The position numbers and the translations under genes were made by a program. A stretch of DNA of 62,672 nt, counting the filler. It is 9 parts of 9 records of this genome, joined end to end, with 100 filler letters (N's around TTAATTAATTAA, not from the genome) between each part and the next. Parts side by side here need not be neighbours in the genome. Positions count along the whole stretch, not along the records: positions 29,103 to 36,800 come from SRR31147125_59979; positions 36,901 to 44,212 come from SRR31147125_59984; 7 more parts are not named here. One strand, 5' to 3'. This document shows, piece after piece, positions 29,103 to 41,100 of the stretch (its first letter is position 1; every line of letters starts with the position of its first letter). The notes under the pieces are model-generated. The model did not search any database, was not told where the DNA came from, and saw nothing but the letters and a program-made list of their open reading frames with translations.

Positions 29103-32100
29103 GGGGTGATCATCGGCGCGTGGCTTCGCGATCGCCCGCCTCTCCTTGCCTGGATCGACTGTCTGTTCCAAAGCAGTCGACGGTGAACGGCCTTGTTGGT
29201 CGGTCTGCGCCACTGTCGGCGGATCCCCATTGGTATCGGCAAGTTCCCGTAGCATATTTTCGATATCATCGACCTGTTTCTTGGCCGTTAATCCCAAATC
29301 GATTAACCGCTGGCGATAGTGGTCAGGCTGGAACGTGTCATCCATTACCAAACTCAAGAATTGATCCAAATCCTTGAAAATAAATTCATTGGGCCATATT
29401 TCACGGCTTTCGTTCCAGGCATGGATAACGGGCTTCAGCCCGGCGGCCATGCCATTGCCGATGGCATAATGAAAAGATTCCTCCAGGGAAAAACTTAGGA
29501 TGTGCGACTTGTCCGCGAGCCAGGCGTTGAGATCATCGACCCAATCGACAAATTCTGGTTGCCGGCCAGATCCATTTCCTTGATCATCGTTTTCGTGGCC
29601 ATCTCGAGCCGTGGATCCTGGAACTCACCACGGATATACAGATAAAAAGACGGGTCCCGCTGTAACAGCTGCTGATAGAAATGCAGTAAAATCGGCAACC
29701 CTTTGCGGAAATTGAGGTGCCCCAGCAACACCAGCTTTTTGGTGTTGGTCTTGTTTTGCAAAATAGAAAACCGGTCGATATCGACGCCATTGCGGACGAC
29801 GATCTGGGTTGGGTTCTTGCGGCCGAATTTCCTTTGGAAGATGCCTTGTTTATGTTTGGCCACAAATACGAGCCGGTGGACACGATCCCAGTTGATCTTG
29901 GCGGGCATGTCCGAGAACACTTCATACCCATGCAAACGGCAGACAACCTTTTTGTCGTGAAGCTGAGGAATTTTATTGGTTGCCTGGGCGGTCAGCTGGT
30001 TGGCCCATTCCAACCAGACAATGTCTGCCCATTCAATTGCCTGTTGCGCCTTCTTCAGGTCCACTGTTTTCAGATATTTTACATTATACCCAGCCCCGAG
30101 TGAACGCACGATATGGTCAAGATGGCCGCCCGTACTCTGGTACGACTGCTCAAGGAAAAGCAATTTCGGGCGGTTGTCTGCGCGGCTGGTTTCACCATTG
30201 GCCCGTATTGCGCCTTGCACTGGGGTCTGGTCGATCGCATAGCCGAAATACGAGCGTACCTTGCCACAATGTTTTTCGACGCTCGCCCGTAGCGTTTCGC
30301 TCCAATCCTGCGCTGGCGGAAAATGCCCGGCACTTTGCGCATTCAGTTTCTTTTTCAGGATGGCGCTTATTTTTTCCTCGTCGAAGCCATCGAGTCCAAG
30401 AAAGCTGAACAACGATTTCGTTGTATCGGATCGTGACACAAGGTCTTCAAATTTGACGATCCGCTTTCGATCCGGCGGCAAATTTTCGGCCATTCGAATA
30501 ATCCGGCCATAGGTTTCATTCCACAGCCAGCATACCTTTTCGAAATGATTCAAGGCCGCCCATTTCCGATAGTCGGGGCTGTTCTCCTTGGGTCTGAGCC
30601 GCCCGATGTCCCAGTCGTGGCCCCGATAGTAATTGCGCCGCATACCGGACCGAACAAAATCAACCGGATCCCTGACGAGAATGATAAATTTCGACTGGGG
30701 TATCTCTTGGGCGATGATCGGTGAAAAAGGCGTCATCAGCAGATCGGTTTCACCATGAATCCGCCCTCGCGACCAGGCCCTGCGGATAACAGGCGATCTA
30801 ACGCACCAGAAAGTCTCCGAAAGATCGATCTTTTTCCACCAGGCCAACAGCGCTTCCCGTATGGGGTCGGGTTGGGGATGATGCCACACATCGGCATTGG
30901 TCGCCGTATTCAACAGGTGCGCAAGCGTCATGGTTCCACAACGTCCGGCCGAAAGCACAAAAAAGGCTTGATCGCCAGCCGGTCTGCCAACGGTCTCATA
31001 TCCATGGGCTCCACCGGCACTGTTTTGCGCAATCAACAGGTCCTTGACCGTATCGACGACCCGGTTTTCCGTACCAATGTCCAGGCCCGCTGGTATTTGA
31101 TAGACAAGGTGGGATTGTTCGGTTTCGTATCCGCCGTCTTCGATCATCCTGTCCGTGGGCAGATACCCGGTCAGCCCGTTGGTGTATCCCAAAAAGAAAT
31201 CACCGGAGCTGAATCCTTCCAGGCTGGAGATCTTTTCGACCAGTTCGGCGGCGGGTTCCATCGGAAAAGTCAGCAAGCGCAGCCGATCGCCCAGGCAAAC
31301 CATTTGAATTTCCGCAGTCAGGTTGTTTTTCATGCCGCCAGCGCTTGGTTTTAGGGGCAGGACCATTTCCCGCCGGGCACTGAAAAACCGCCCGCTGATC
31401 GGTTGGAGCGTCCGGCCCAGGGCGTCTTTCACGGCAGCGGCCAGGTGTTGCCCGTTTTGCCGGACATCGGCCAGGCAAGTGCTGAATTTTTGCTCTCCGC
31501 CGCGATGGATGGCGGCCTTGCAGTTCCGGCGGCGCCCTGAAAGAACATCACCCCGTGAGCCGTGCCCCGCGGGTCAGAAGTTGTTTCATGACGCCGGGAT
31601 AATCCGCTGATATCCGCGTGTCCGCACCCATCCCGGTCGGATGGCAGCCATGATTGACCCAGAGGATGGTTTTCCGGCTCGAATTCAACGCGAGCGTTAT
31701 AAGCGGCGTATCGCTGATACAAGCGCCCTCGGGGTTTGGTCCGAAAACGACGTCACGCCCTTTGACAACCCTTCGATTGACACCGACCGTGGCCTCGGCT
31801 GTCCCGGCACTGATCGTACACGGTTCAAGGCGCTCATACAGGTTGCTCAAACTTGAAACGATGATGTTTATTAGTTGATCGGTGTAGTTTTTATAAAAGG
31901 GCCCCATGGATTCGTGCATGCCGCCCATGGTTCCCGGCGCATAATGCGTGTGGGATGCGTTTAGTACGATGCCTTCGGGTTCGATGCCCCATAAGAAGGC
32001 ATGTTGCCTGACCGATTCAACGACGCTCTTGTCAAATCCGAGGATATCCGCGGTAACGAAGATCAACCGGGTATGGTCCTCGTCCTCGAGCATGCAAATC

Positions 32101-32237
32101 TCCATGGACAATGGCACGGCCACTGCCGTGGATTTCCTTACGCCACCTGCCATTCCCTGTAAATAAGCCGGATTCCCGGGAGAGACGTTGGGGGTAATAT
32201 CGAACTGTAAAAATGCTGCTCTGTATTCACCGCTCAT
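29103..32237 (-). CDS. Multidomain protein: neutral-ceramidase-like + PAPS sulfotransferase + GT4-like glycosyltransferase; three apparent 1-nt deletions; 3'-truncated
   Basis: ASHTHYAP, GCHPT, SADYPG, FFQGAAG and GYLPT (ceramidase-like); SAGRCGT and LVRDP (sulfotransferase); RLHGYE, NGVD, RKG and EESFHYAIGNGMAAG (GT4); frames join at about 31572, 31520 and 29560. Confidence 0.72.
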
Positions 32238-32320
32238 TTCCGCACCTTTTATTCTAGTATGACATGATCAGGCGGCAAAACGATCGTAATGCAAAGTCCT
32301 GGACGGGCACAAATCAGGAG

Positions 32321-33124
32321 CTAACGCCGTTTCGCAAAGATCCAGCCCGATTTCAACTCGACATCAAACCCGTTCTTGTCCAGGTACCCGCCGATGTATT
32401 GCTGGTGGTTGACACCCGGGCTGTTATAGGGAGCCGCGATGGCAAAATTCTCGATGGCGTGCATCGACCGACGCATTCCTTTAAATGCATCGATTTCATT
32501 CCCGTTCACCTGGACGATCATCAGATCGACATGGGTGACGGCATGTTCCTCCAAGATGTTATCAACGGTGTCCATCTCAATCTTGACATTTCGACTATTG
32601 GAGGTAAACCGGTCGATCACGTCCTTTCGGAATCCGGCAATCTGGTCGCGTCCCACATACACGGTACCCATGCCGCTTCTGTTGTGAACGCCACGATTCA
32701 CGGCAACGGTGGTTCCCGGATAGTTGCTCGACAGGTTTTTATTAAGAATGGCATGATTCCGGGGGATCATTTCCACCGCAATGACTCTGCCGGTCGGCCC
32801 CACCTGTTTGGCCACATACATCGAATAGAACCCGAGAAATGCCCCCAATTCGACGACGACATCGCCCGCTTTGTATGGATGATTCGAATGTTGCGTGTAT
32901 TCTCGACCGGACTGGAAGTATCGAAATTCCATATCCTTGATAACCTTGGCGGCACCAAGGATCAACTTGGCTGAAATTTCACCCTCGTTTTCCGGCAAGC
33001 CGTAAAAAACCATGCCATCGTCCAGAACGATGAACGGAACCTCAGACCCGGGTATGTATCCAATCTGTTGAATCTGGAACCGTTCAATTGAATCGGCCAG
33101 GTATGTGTTGATGTCGATATCCAT
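32321..33124 (-). CDS. FkbM-family SAM-dependent methyltransferase
   Basis: VVELGAFLG, VIAVE, MDTVD...VDLMIVQVNGNE. Confidence 0.82.
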   Translation of the reverse strand: MDIDINTYLADSIERFQIQQIGYIPGSEVPFIVLDDGMVFYGLPENEGEISAKLILGAAKVIKDMEFRYFQSGREYTQHSNHPYKAGDVVVELGAFLGFYSMYVAKQVGPTGRVIAVEMIPRNHAILNKNLSSNYPGTTVAVNRGVHNRSGMGTVYVGRDQIAGFRKDVIDRFTSNSRNVKIEMDTVDNILEEHAVTHVDLMIVQVNGNEIDAFKGMRRSMHAIENFAIAAPYNSPGVNHQQYIGGYLDKNGFDVELKSGWIFAKRR

Positions 33125-33132
33125 TAGGTGGT

Positions 33133-34157
33133 TTATTCCTGCTGGGCAGTCGTTTTCAGGGTGAAGTCAAATCCCGCGCGTTTTCGGGAAATGTTCAATT
33201 CGACAACCGCTCCGGCCATCAAGAATTGATCGGCGTTAAAAAACTGAAAGGCCTGTTCCCAGTGATTGGTATGGGCATTGTTTAAGGTGGAAATGGTATT
33301 TTTCTCATCCAGGTGAAGATCATACCGGTAGGCCGCAGCATGGCATGTACCGGTCTGATGAATCGGCAGCTCCACTTTATAAAAGTCTTGCGCAGATAGC
33401 TCCTTCCTGAAATCCAGCCGGCAGATCTCAACCGATTTGCTCAGCACCTGATGGTCAACAGCATCAAGGTTGATTTGTTTATATCCGCCGTGTCTAAAAA
33501 CAACAAAATCGCTAAGATCAAAACCGGAAACATCTTTCACCGGGTTAACGCGGCGTAGCTCCGGACAAGAGATTAGACTCGCGTTAATGGTAGCCGCCGC
33601 CGGCAAAACAGTCGCATCGTCTTTCAATAAATTCCGTTTGGCATGCAGTAACGCCGGCAGAAAGTTTTCACCTATCAACCCATTGTCGAACACTTCGGCG
33701 ACAAGCACATCCGCCGGTTCATCAAGATCTTCAGCCAGCCGAAGCTGGGTAGATTTTTTGGGGATCACCTGAATCCGGTCTCCAAACCCATTTTTTCATT
33801 GTACCGTGCGGCATGGAAGTTATCGTCGAGTTTTACTGCGCTATTGAATGCTTTCCCAGCACCAATCACGTCCCCATTTCGAAGCAGCACAAGTCCATAG
33901 TGATAATGAAACTGCGCCTGTTTCGGTCGTAGCCCAGTGGCTTTTTGCAATATTTTGCCCGATTCCACCAAACGACCAGATTCAAGCAATACGACACCCA
34001 ACAGATGCAATACTTCGGGATGTTCAGGATGCCTTTTCAATAGCAGTCGTATCCGTTTTTCTGCTTCTTCGATCTTTCCTGCCCGCGCAAATTCAAACGC
34101 GGCGTCATAGAGCGCTGGTGATGGCTGATTGCTGTTTAAAATCAATCTTCGTCCCAA
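33133..34157 (-). pseudogene. TPR + protein-arginine-methyltransferase-like (PRMT7/9-like) gene with an internal out-of-frame deletion at about 33797
   Basis: TPR helices end at AARYN, then another frame reads KNGFGDRIQVIPKKST; double-E loop AEVFDNGLIGE and THW-like TNHWEQ are present, but no SAM-binding motif I. Confidence 0.65.
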
Positions 34158-34343
34158 TCCTTATGCGGGTAGTGTTTTCATCCGCCAGCCGTTTGCTTCA
34201 TGTGGACCGGTAATGACAATGTCTCGGCAACTCCTGTTTATCGTCACATTTTCGGCATCCATTTGTCGTTTGATTGACGATAATCGCCGATCAAGTGTTC
34301 TTCCCTGGTGTATGCCCCCTCCATGCCTTATGATATGAACATA

Positions 34344-34359
34344 AGCAATTATTATACCA
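34344..34359 (-). promoter_or_regulatory. Putative sigma54 promoter upstream of the TPR-PRMT/FkbM/fusion genes
   Basis: TGGTAT-AATAA-TTGCT with GG-N10-GC spacing. Confidence 0.6.
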
Positions 34360-34401
34360 GTTAAACTTTACGGCAGTATCTCACAATCCGCATCGCTCGT
34401 T

Positions 34402-36273
34402 TCAAATGGATTTTAATCCATCGATTATCGATTCGACCACTTTTATAGCGCCACGATAGTATGCATCGATCGCTTCCAGTTCGTCGACCATTACTCCCGT
34501 TTGACAATCATCCGGAGTTGCGCCAATTATTTCTTGCTTCTTAATGATGGCCTGCACTTCATTTAGCATGGCGTCTTGAAAAAATACGATCATTGAACGG
34601 CACTGCCGCTGGAATTCAGCATGGGCCAGCGTTGATCGTTGGTACTCCTTCTTACCCATCAATGGCTCACCGATCGGATGACGCCGTTTCAATGGTCGTG
34701 AAATTCGTCGCCGCTGTAGACAACCTTCCTTTTTCAGTTCCTCGAATCGACAAATCACTTTTTGTAATTCAGACTGGACAATCTCCGCGGCTGGCGATGC
34801 ATCCCGGGGGATCGCGTCCAAGATCAGTTGGACATCCAGTTTGTCCGCCAAGTCATCAGCGATAACGTCCTTCAGCGACTTTACCTCGACACCGCTGACA
34901 AAGGCGCCCCGCAAACTGACATTGACGATCCGATTCGAATGCTGGGCGACTATCTGTTCCAGGATCAAGCGGTCGGTTACCAGTTGTGGCGGGGCAGCCA
35001 CGATACTGCCGTCAACGCCGCGCACCGGAACCAGCGTTCCGTCTTCAGGGATATGGGAATAGACCGAACCGTGCGCATGGCTTTGGCCGTCCAGGTAGGC
35101 CATGTCAACCCCAACCAGGACAATCGGATCGGCTCCCATGGCGATTGACAGCAACACGGCCAAATGGGTTACCGACGTCATGGGGGGGACACTGCACTGA
35201 AGGTCCAAGGATTGATCGAGCGAATCGAGAACCAACCGGCTGTAGGCCGTCATTCCCACCCGTCTGGACCCTAAAAACGTTCTAACGGTCTCCGGATTGC
35301 ACTCCAAACCAAACGCGAGTATCGTATTGCGCAGACGATCCCTATGCGGTCTGAGTTTGTTGATATTGGACGCATGGATGTCGGCGGTGGCTACGATGTG
35401 GGGCTGGATATCGGCTTGCAAAAGCGTGCCGACCGCAGAATCACAAGCGATGATCAATGCGTTGCCGATCGTTTTCAACAGTGGCAAGGCTTGACTCAAG
35501 GATGGCCCCGCAGCCACGCAGATGACCGGCTTGCCTCTGAATCGATCCCGCAGCACGCGCAGAGGTGTGCCGTTAATAAGATATGGAAGATTGGCAAGCG
35601 CATTCATCAGCATCTGCCTCCCAAAACGCCGGGTGGTGTGCCACATATCCCGTGCCGACCGGATGCGATGGACCAGATCGTTCTCCACCCGCTTGTATTT
35701 TTTTCCAATTAATTGCTGTTGATAGGGATAAATAAATAAAAGCGTTCGACCAATGGGCAGGATTCGTTTCCAGTCTTCAAGAATTTTTTCCGCATCGGCC
35801 TGAGCTCCCAGGTAAAGGCTCAGCCGCTCATTGTTTAAAAGGGTGTCCAAGGCCTTGGTCCGCAGCGCCATTCGAAATAGTGAGGGATAAGGTTCGATGA
35901 TAACGATGCGAGGTTTTTTCCGATAGCGGCGGATCACCTCGAGGCCTGCTTCCCCCGCCCCCATCCCCAGGATAAACACCATATCATGAGGTTCGGGGGC
36001 TTGCGTGGTCGCGATCTTTTGCAGCAATCGATCGAGCGTTATCCGATCATAGAGGGGCCGTATACGGCCATCGGCGCGTCGGATGTGCGGGACCGATTGT
36101 CGATGGCCAGCATCCGTCCCTATTTGCAAAGAAAACGGGTCATCGAATTGGCGTTGGTCGAGATAGGGAATCGCATCCGGGAAGCGCTTTTTTAGGATTT
36201 CAAGATTCCCATTGAAAATATCATCGCGCACGTTGTTGATCATTCCCATTTCCGCCAACCGGATGCTGATCAT
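34402..36273 (-). CDS. Motility-associated factor (MAF/DUF115, MptE-like) flagellin glycosyltransferase-like protein
   Basis: FILGMGAG, IIEP, ICVAAGPSL, IIACD, SVTH, MGADPIVLVGVDMAY...SHA. Confidence 0.85.
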   Translation of the reverse strand: MISIRLAEMGMINNVRDDIFNGNLEILKKRFPDAIPYLDQRQFDDPFSLQIGTDAGHRQSVPHIRRADGRIRPLYDRITLDRLLQKIATTQAPEPHDMVFILGMGAGEAGLEVIRRYRKKPRIVIIEPYPSLFRMALRTKALDTLLNNERLSLYLGAQADAEKILEDWKRILPIGRTLLFIYPYQQQLIGKKYKRVENDLVHRIRSARDMWHTTRRFGRQMLMNALANLPYLINGTPLRVLRDRFRGKPVICVAAGPSLSQALPLLKTIGNALIIACDSAVGTLLQADIQPHIVATADIHASNINKLRPHRDRLRNTILAFGLECNPETVRTFLGSRRVGMTAYSRLVLDSLDQSLDLQCSVPPMTSVTHLAVLLSIAMGADPIVLVGVDMAYLDGQSHAHGSVYSHIPEDGTLVPVRGVDGSIVAAPPQLVTDRLILEQIVAQHSNRIVNVSLRGAFVSGVEVKSLKDVIADDLADKLDVQLILDAIPRDASPAAEIVQSELQKVICRFEELKKEGCLQRRRISRPLKRRHPIGEPLMGKKEYQRSTLAHAEFQRQCRSMIVFFQDAMLNEVQAIIKKQEIIGATPDDCQTGVMVDELEAIDAYYRGAIKVVESIIDGLKSI

Positions 36274-36467
36274 GGTGATTCGCGGTTCGACAAAAGCGTC
36301 ATCAGGCCGGCAACTTACTGACGCGTATTTGACAACTTCCGGTTTGAATTAGCCTGTCGTTGATGGCCATTTAGGGCCGAACGGTCCCGAAAGCAAACAT
36401 TTATCGTATCATAACAGATTGTTCTGTTGCCACTTCGAGATTGTTTTTAATATTCAAGTGTAGACAC

Positions 36468-36483
36468 GGCAAGTACCATACCA
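36468..36483 (-). promoter_or_regulatory. Putative sigma54 promoter upstream of the MAF gene
   Basis: TGGTAT-GGTAC-TTGCC with GG-N10-GC spacing. Confidence 0.55.
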
Positions 36484-36516
36484 AAAAGGGCCATGCGTGC
36501 CTGCATGGCCCTTTTT
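36483..36516. terminator. Bidirectional intrinsic terminator
   Basis: Perfect 14-bp stem AAAAAGGGCCATGC / GCATGGCCCTTTTT. Confidence 0.8.
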
Positions 36517-36800
36517 AATAAATCCAACCGTCGATGGTTGCTATGATATTATCTTGACACTCCCCCTCCGTTGTAATGGGGCGGTATGAGGATCGATCTT
36601 GCTACAAACCGATCCAGGCGAGATCGAAGCGCGCCACGGCCATGGAGCAGCATCCATCGGGAGATGACGCCAGCCCTTGCATACTTGGCGTGGTTTTATA
36701 CAGGACCAGGATAGTGCCATCGTGGGCGACGGCCATGGAAGAATAATCAAACCATTCTCCCCATCGGCCGATCTCCTTTTTCAGTGACCATGTCAGCCCC

Positions 36801-36900
36801 NNNNNNNNNNNNNNNNNNNNNNNNNNNNNNNNNNNNNNNNNNNNTTAATTAATTAANNNNNNNNNNNNNNNNNNNNNNNNNNNNNNNNNNNNNNNNNNNN
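36801..36900. other. Artificial contig spacer
   Basis: N44-TTAATTAATTAA-N44. Confidence 0.98.
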
Positions 36901-36921
36901 GTGTGTGTGTGTGTGTGTGTG
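36901..36921. repeat. (GT)n microsatellite; similar tracts at about 38253-38272, 40257-40277 and 44183-44212 (GT then GGT)
   Basis: Seen directly; the tracts lie in inferred introns and at both contig ends. Confidence 0.9.
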
Positions 36922-36940
36922 CGTGTTGTAACACGATGAG

Positions 36941-38020
36941 GTCACACGGGAGCAGACGCTTGCAGTCATTCATGTCATGTTTGACGGAGACATCTACTTT
37001 GACACGGACCCTCTCTGGAAGGTGACGGACACAATCTCGTGGGCCCGTATGTTGGGGTCAGGAATCCCCCTGGTTGTGGACCTTATGGGTCAGTTCTCCG
37101 TGTATGTATGTATGTGAGAAGGGGATTCTTACATCACACAGGATCTGTGGAACTTCGCTGTCCGCATGGAGTCTTTCCATCCGAACCTGAACCCACTGAA
37201 GAGCTTGAGAGTTTGTGGTCGTTCCCCTCTCACTGGCTCTTTCCGTTGCCCCCAGTAATGGAGCCGGTGGCGCTTCTGGGGGTGGAAAGCAGGTTTGCTC
37301 CTCTGTGAACATGGTGTTGCATGTCACTTTGGTTAATTCTGTGTGGCAGTTGCACTTCTGAGAACGTCACATGTGACTCCAAACGTCTCGCCTTTGCCCT
37401 TGTTCTCAACGAAACGACAACGTACGGCGGGGTGTGAAGAGGAATCTGTCACATCCAACACATTTCTTCCCCCTCAGGCTTGATGTCGGGGGTGCATTTG
37501 ATACCATAAGTGTGGACACATTCTACCCAGAATCCCTGCTCAGCGAATGCACTTTAGCCCTCAAGGAAGGAGCCTTTGTCGATGTCTTGGGTGTGGTGCG
37601 TTGTCTCCCTTTACGTCCCGTTCTCCTCTTTTCACAACGGCCTTGGCGACAGAAACTGTCCACCACCTCTACCAGTATTCCGGGCAGATCCGCACCACCT
37701 GATTGTGTATTTACTGACGTGCGTTTGGACGCCCGTATCCCAACCACCTCTAACGCCGCACAGTTTGTAAGGCAATGGCGAACAGGGCAAACTGAGTTGA
37801 TGGACGAATCGGCGAAGCTGGCTCGTTCAGAGTCATCATCTCTCAGTAACGCAGTGCGTCGTTTGTGCACACACGCCCCGCACACATATTACTTGCCACA
37901 TAATGCATGCAACTGCCCCAGATTCTGCGCCTCCAGGGAACGCACACCTATCAAGGCTGTGCGCAGATGTTGGGACGTGTTGATGCGTTTACGGAATCGT
38001 TTACAAGCATCACCTGTTGA
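36941..38020 (+). CDS. 3' part of a spliced eukaryotic gene of unknown function (boundaries approximate)
   Basis: Short open exons separated by GTATGT, GTTTGC, GTACGG and GTGCGT...CAG introns; candidate stop at 38018-38020. Confidence 0.45.
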
Positions 38021-38112
38021 ACACACACTGGGCTGGGGTGGGGGGGTGGGGGATACGGAGTGTAATCGCTTTGCGTACAACCATGAAACAGGAAGAGGTG
38101 ATCTGTGTCGGA

Positions 38113-41100
38113 TTAACTCATTTCTGATTCCGTGAAGTCAGGAATTCGAGAATCCCTGAGACAGGTTGAGTTGATGTGCAAGCGAGGACACCCCCATTCG
38201 TACACAAACCCCTTTCCCCTGGGAGATTCACCATCCGAGGACATACTTTGCTGCACACACACACACACACACATGGAGTGAGCAGTTGAGATGCAAGAGG
38301 GGTCTGGGTACAAACATCGGATCGCGCTTTGGGCGGGTGAGAGAATCGTCCGAGAAAACGTTGCCACGATGTCATTCGTAGACTTGTAGTGTTGCTACGG
38401 GCCTGAGACGGTGACTGGTTGAAAGGAGGAGGAGGAAAAAGTAAAAAGACAAGCAAGAAGAAGATCAAACAACGAACCATTTGTTCCCGATTGCCCCTAG
38501 ACTTGTCAATTGCTGAGCTCAACGTTTCCAGAATCGCTTGCTTCTTATCAATGGTGTCTGTACGTAGAACCAGACAAACAGGATCCTTCTTTGTTGGACA
38601 TTGGAAAAAAACGACAACCTCTAGTTCTGGATGTTCGGGTGAGTCCTCGCTCACCCATTACCCATTCAAGCGGCTAGCTCACCATTCCTCCGGCTGTCTT
38701 GTACAAATGCATCACAGAGACTGACTGATTCGATGCAACGCCATCCCGCGTGCACCTTTCTATAAAACCGCAAACGCATTTTCAGACACGAAACACACAG
38801 TGCTCCTTACCGTTTCTTTGTGACAAGAAGCAGATCATTGAAGAGGAACATGTGACGGTCAGACACCGTCGATGTCTCGCCGTGACCAAAGGCCACGTCT
38901 TCTTCCATGAGAAGCACCCTCCAAGGTGCAACGATTTGGTCCTGATCGACAGTGAAACAGAGATCCAAGGAGTGGATACGTACAGGGAGGTCTGCAATGA
39001 GAGAGGAGAGGGTACACAACCTCTGTTGCTCTTCGACTTCCCGTCGCTTCTCGTTGAACCGACCATTGAGCACTGTGATGGCATCCAGGGCGTCTGGGAC
39101 GGAATGTAAGCACACAAATAGCGACAATCACACCACCCACCCTTGAGATCCTTGTACTCGACATGGTATTCGTGGGTGTACTTGAGCAAGTCCTGTGGAC
39201 GGACATGAAACACGACCACGAACTTCATAAAACACAAAACACAAAGCACACACACCCTGAGCAAGAGTTCATACTTGGACACACGCTGAACGGGTTTGAT
39301 GAGAAGGCTGTCCAGTGGTTCCGCCGTTTGTGTGGCCCGCTCTTCCGCCTCCTGCAACCATCGCGCAAAGGCAGGCCTCGATTTGCACAGACCCAGCGTG
39401 GTGATGGAACGCCCAAAATTGGCAATATATGTTGAGTATTTGTCAAGCAGAGAAACCTGTAACTTGGTTGACGAGATCCTCGCAAGAAACCGAGTCAACG
39501 TACCCAGCGGTTGATGACACATCCAAAGAATACAGTGGGAAAGCGGGTCATCTCATTTTCGAGCTCCTTGAGGAGCGATGTGTTCACCTTTTGAGAACAA
39601 GAGTGAATCGTTGATCCATCCACCCGTGTGGACGTACTTGTTGAATGTCCGCGATTCGTGAAAAGATTGCTTCAAACTCATCCTTGGTTACCAGGGGATT
39701 CTCGTCCAGCAAACTGGCGCGTAAGGGATTGAAGAAACTCTGTATCCCCATCAGATACAAGAACAAACAAGGGGAGAATGGTGCCTACCGTCATGATTAG
39801 GTTGACATTGTTGAGGAATGTCCTCTCCGTGCTAAGCAAGGGGTGGGCGTATGAGACTCCCCTCTCACATCCCCCTCTCAAACCTGATTATTTCTTTCAT
39901 TGTGTGCATCCGTTTCTTCTCAAGCGTTTCCCTCGTTGAGGGTTGACGGACGTACTCCAAGACTACCCGAACGTTGATTGATCAGTCGGTGCACACGGGA
40001 ACACAGGTTCAAACAAATCGAATAAACAAACACACCAACGCGACGCATGCGATCACGTCGTTTGCGTGCCACAAGTTCATGGAACCATCGACGTAGGACA
40101 CGAAAGGCCCTTTCACCCTCGTCTTCTTCCAAAAGGGCACGACGCTGTTTCATGTTGTAGTAGCATACTCCACAAATCCCTTGCATACAAACCCACCTCT
40201 TCGTCTGCAACGGCCGGCGGAGGTTGGAGAGGTGTTTCATCAGGCATGAACTTTGCCTGTGTGTGTGTGTGTGTGTGGGTTCCACTAAGCAGGCATGGAC
40301 TACCAACGGAGTCGCGGACACACATGAAGATCCTTGTACATCTTCCATGAATCCGCGTTTGCCATCGAATACCTGCCTCAATGATGGTGAAAATCGGTAT
40401 GCGATACCACTAGCAGCAAGACACACCGCAATGTTCCTGTGTTTTCTGCGTAGTGATGAATAAAGACCTTTGCCGTCTTTGCGAACGCATCGCCTGGGGG
40501 TTGATCTCTGCATACGAGAGGGTTACAAGTTGGCATACACATACGGTGTGCGTACTTGGTGATGCGGGCTCCTCGGAACTGAGGGTCGATCATCTCCAAA
40601 TGCGCCTCCATGGCTCGTGCAAGGGGTAATCTAGGAAGACTCAAAAAAACAAAACACAGCAGCAACACGAGAAGATGGCCTCCTCACCGTCCAAGTGCAT
40701 CACAAAGCAGAGCATCCGCACCGGCAGCCAGAAGAAAGGAGACCGCTTCCGTCATTCCCTGTCTGCAAGCACGCAGGTAATTCCTTGTCCGTAGAGAAGA
40801 ATTCCATAGACATACCTTGCCGCAAGATGCAGCACCGTCTCTCCTAACGAATTCCTAGCGTCCACCATGGCCCCCGCCTCTACGAGCTTTGTAATACCTG
40901 CCATGTCCCTCGCTTGGCATGCAAAGTGTAGAGGCGTACAGCCGTCATGGTCCCGGGCTCGAATAAGCTTCTGTGCACACAATCGGAGTGAGGACAAAGG
41001 GATGACAGGACAATGAAGACGCACATGAGCGACCGCCGTCTCTGTTTGCACCTCCTTCACCACAGTCACAGTGTGACCACTGGATGCTGCCCAGTGGAGA

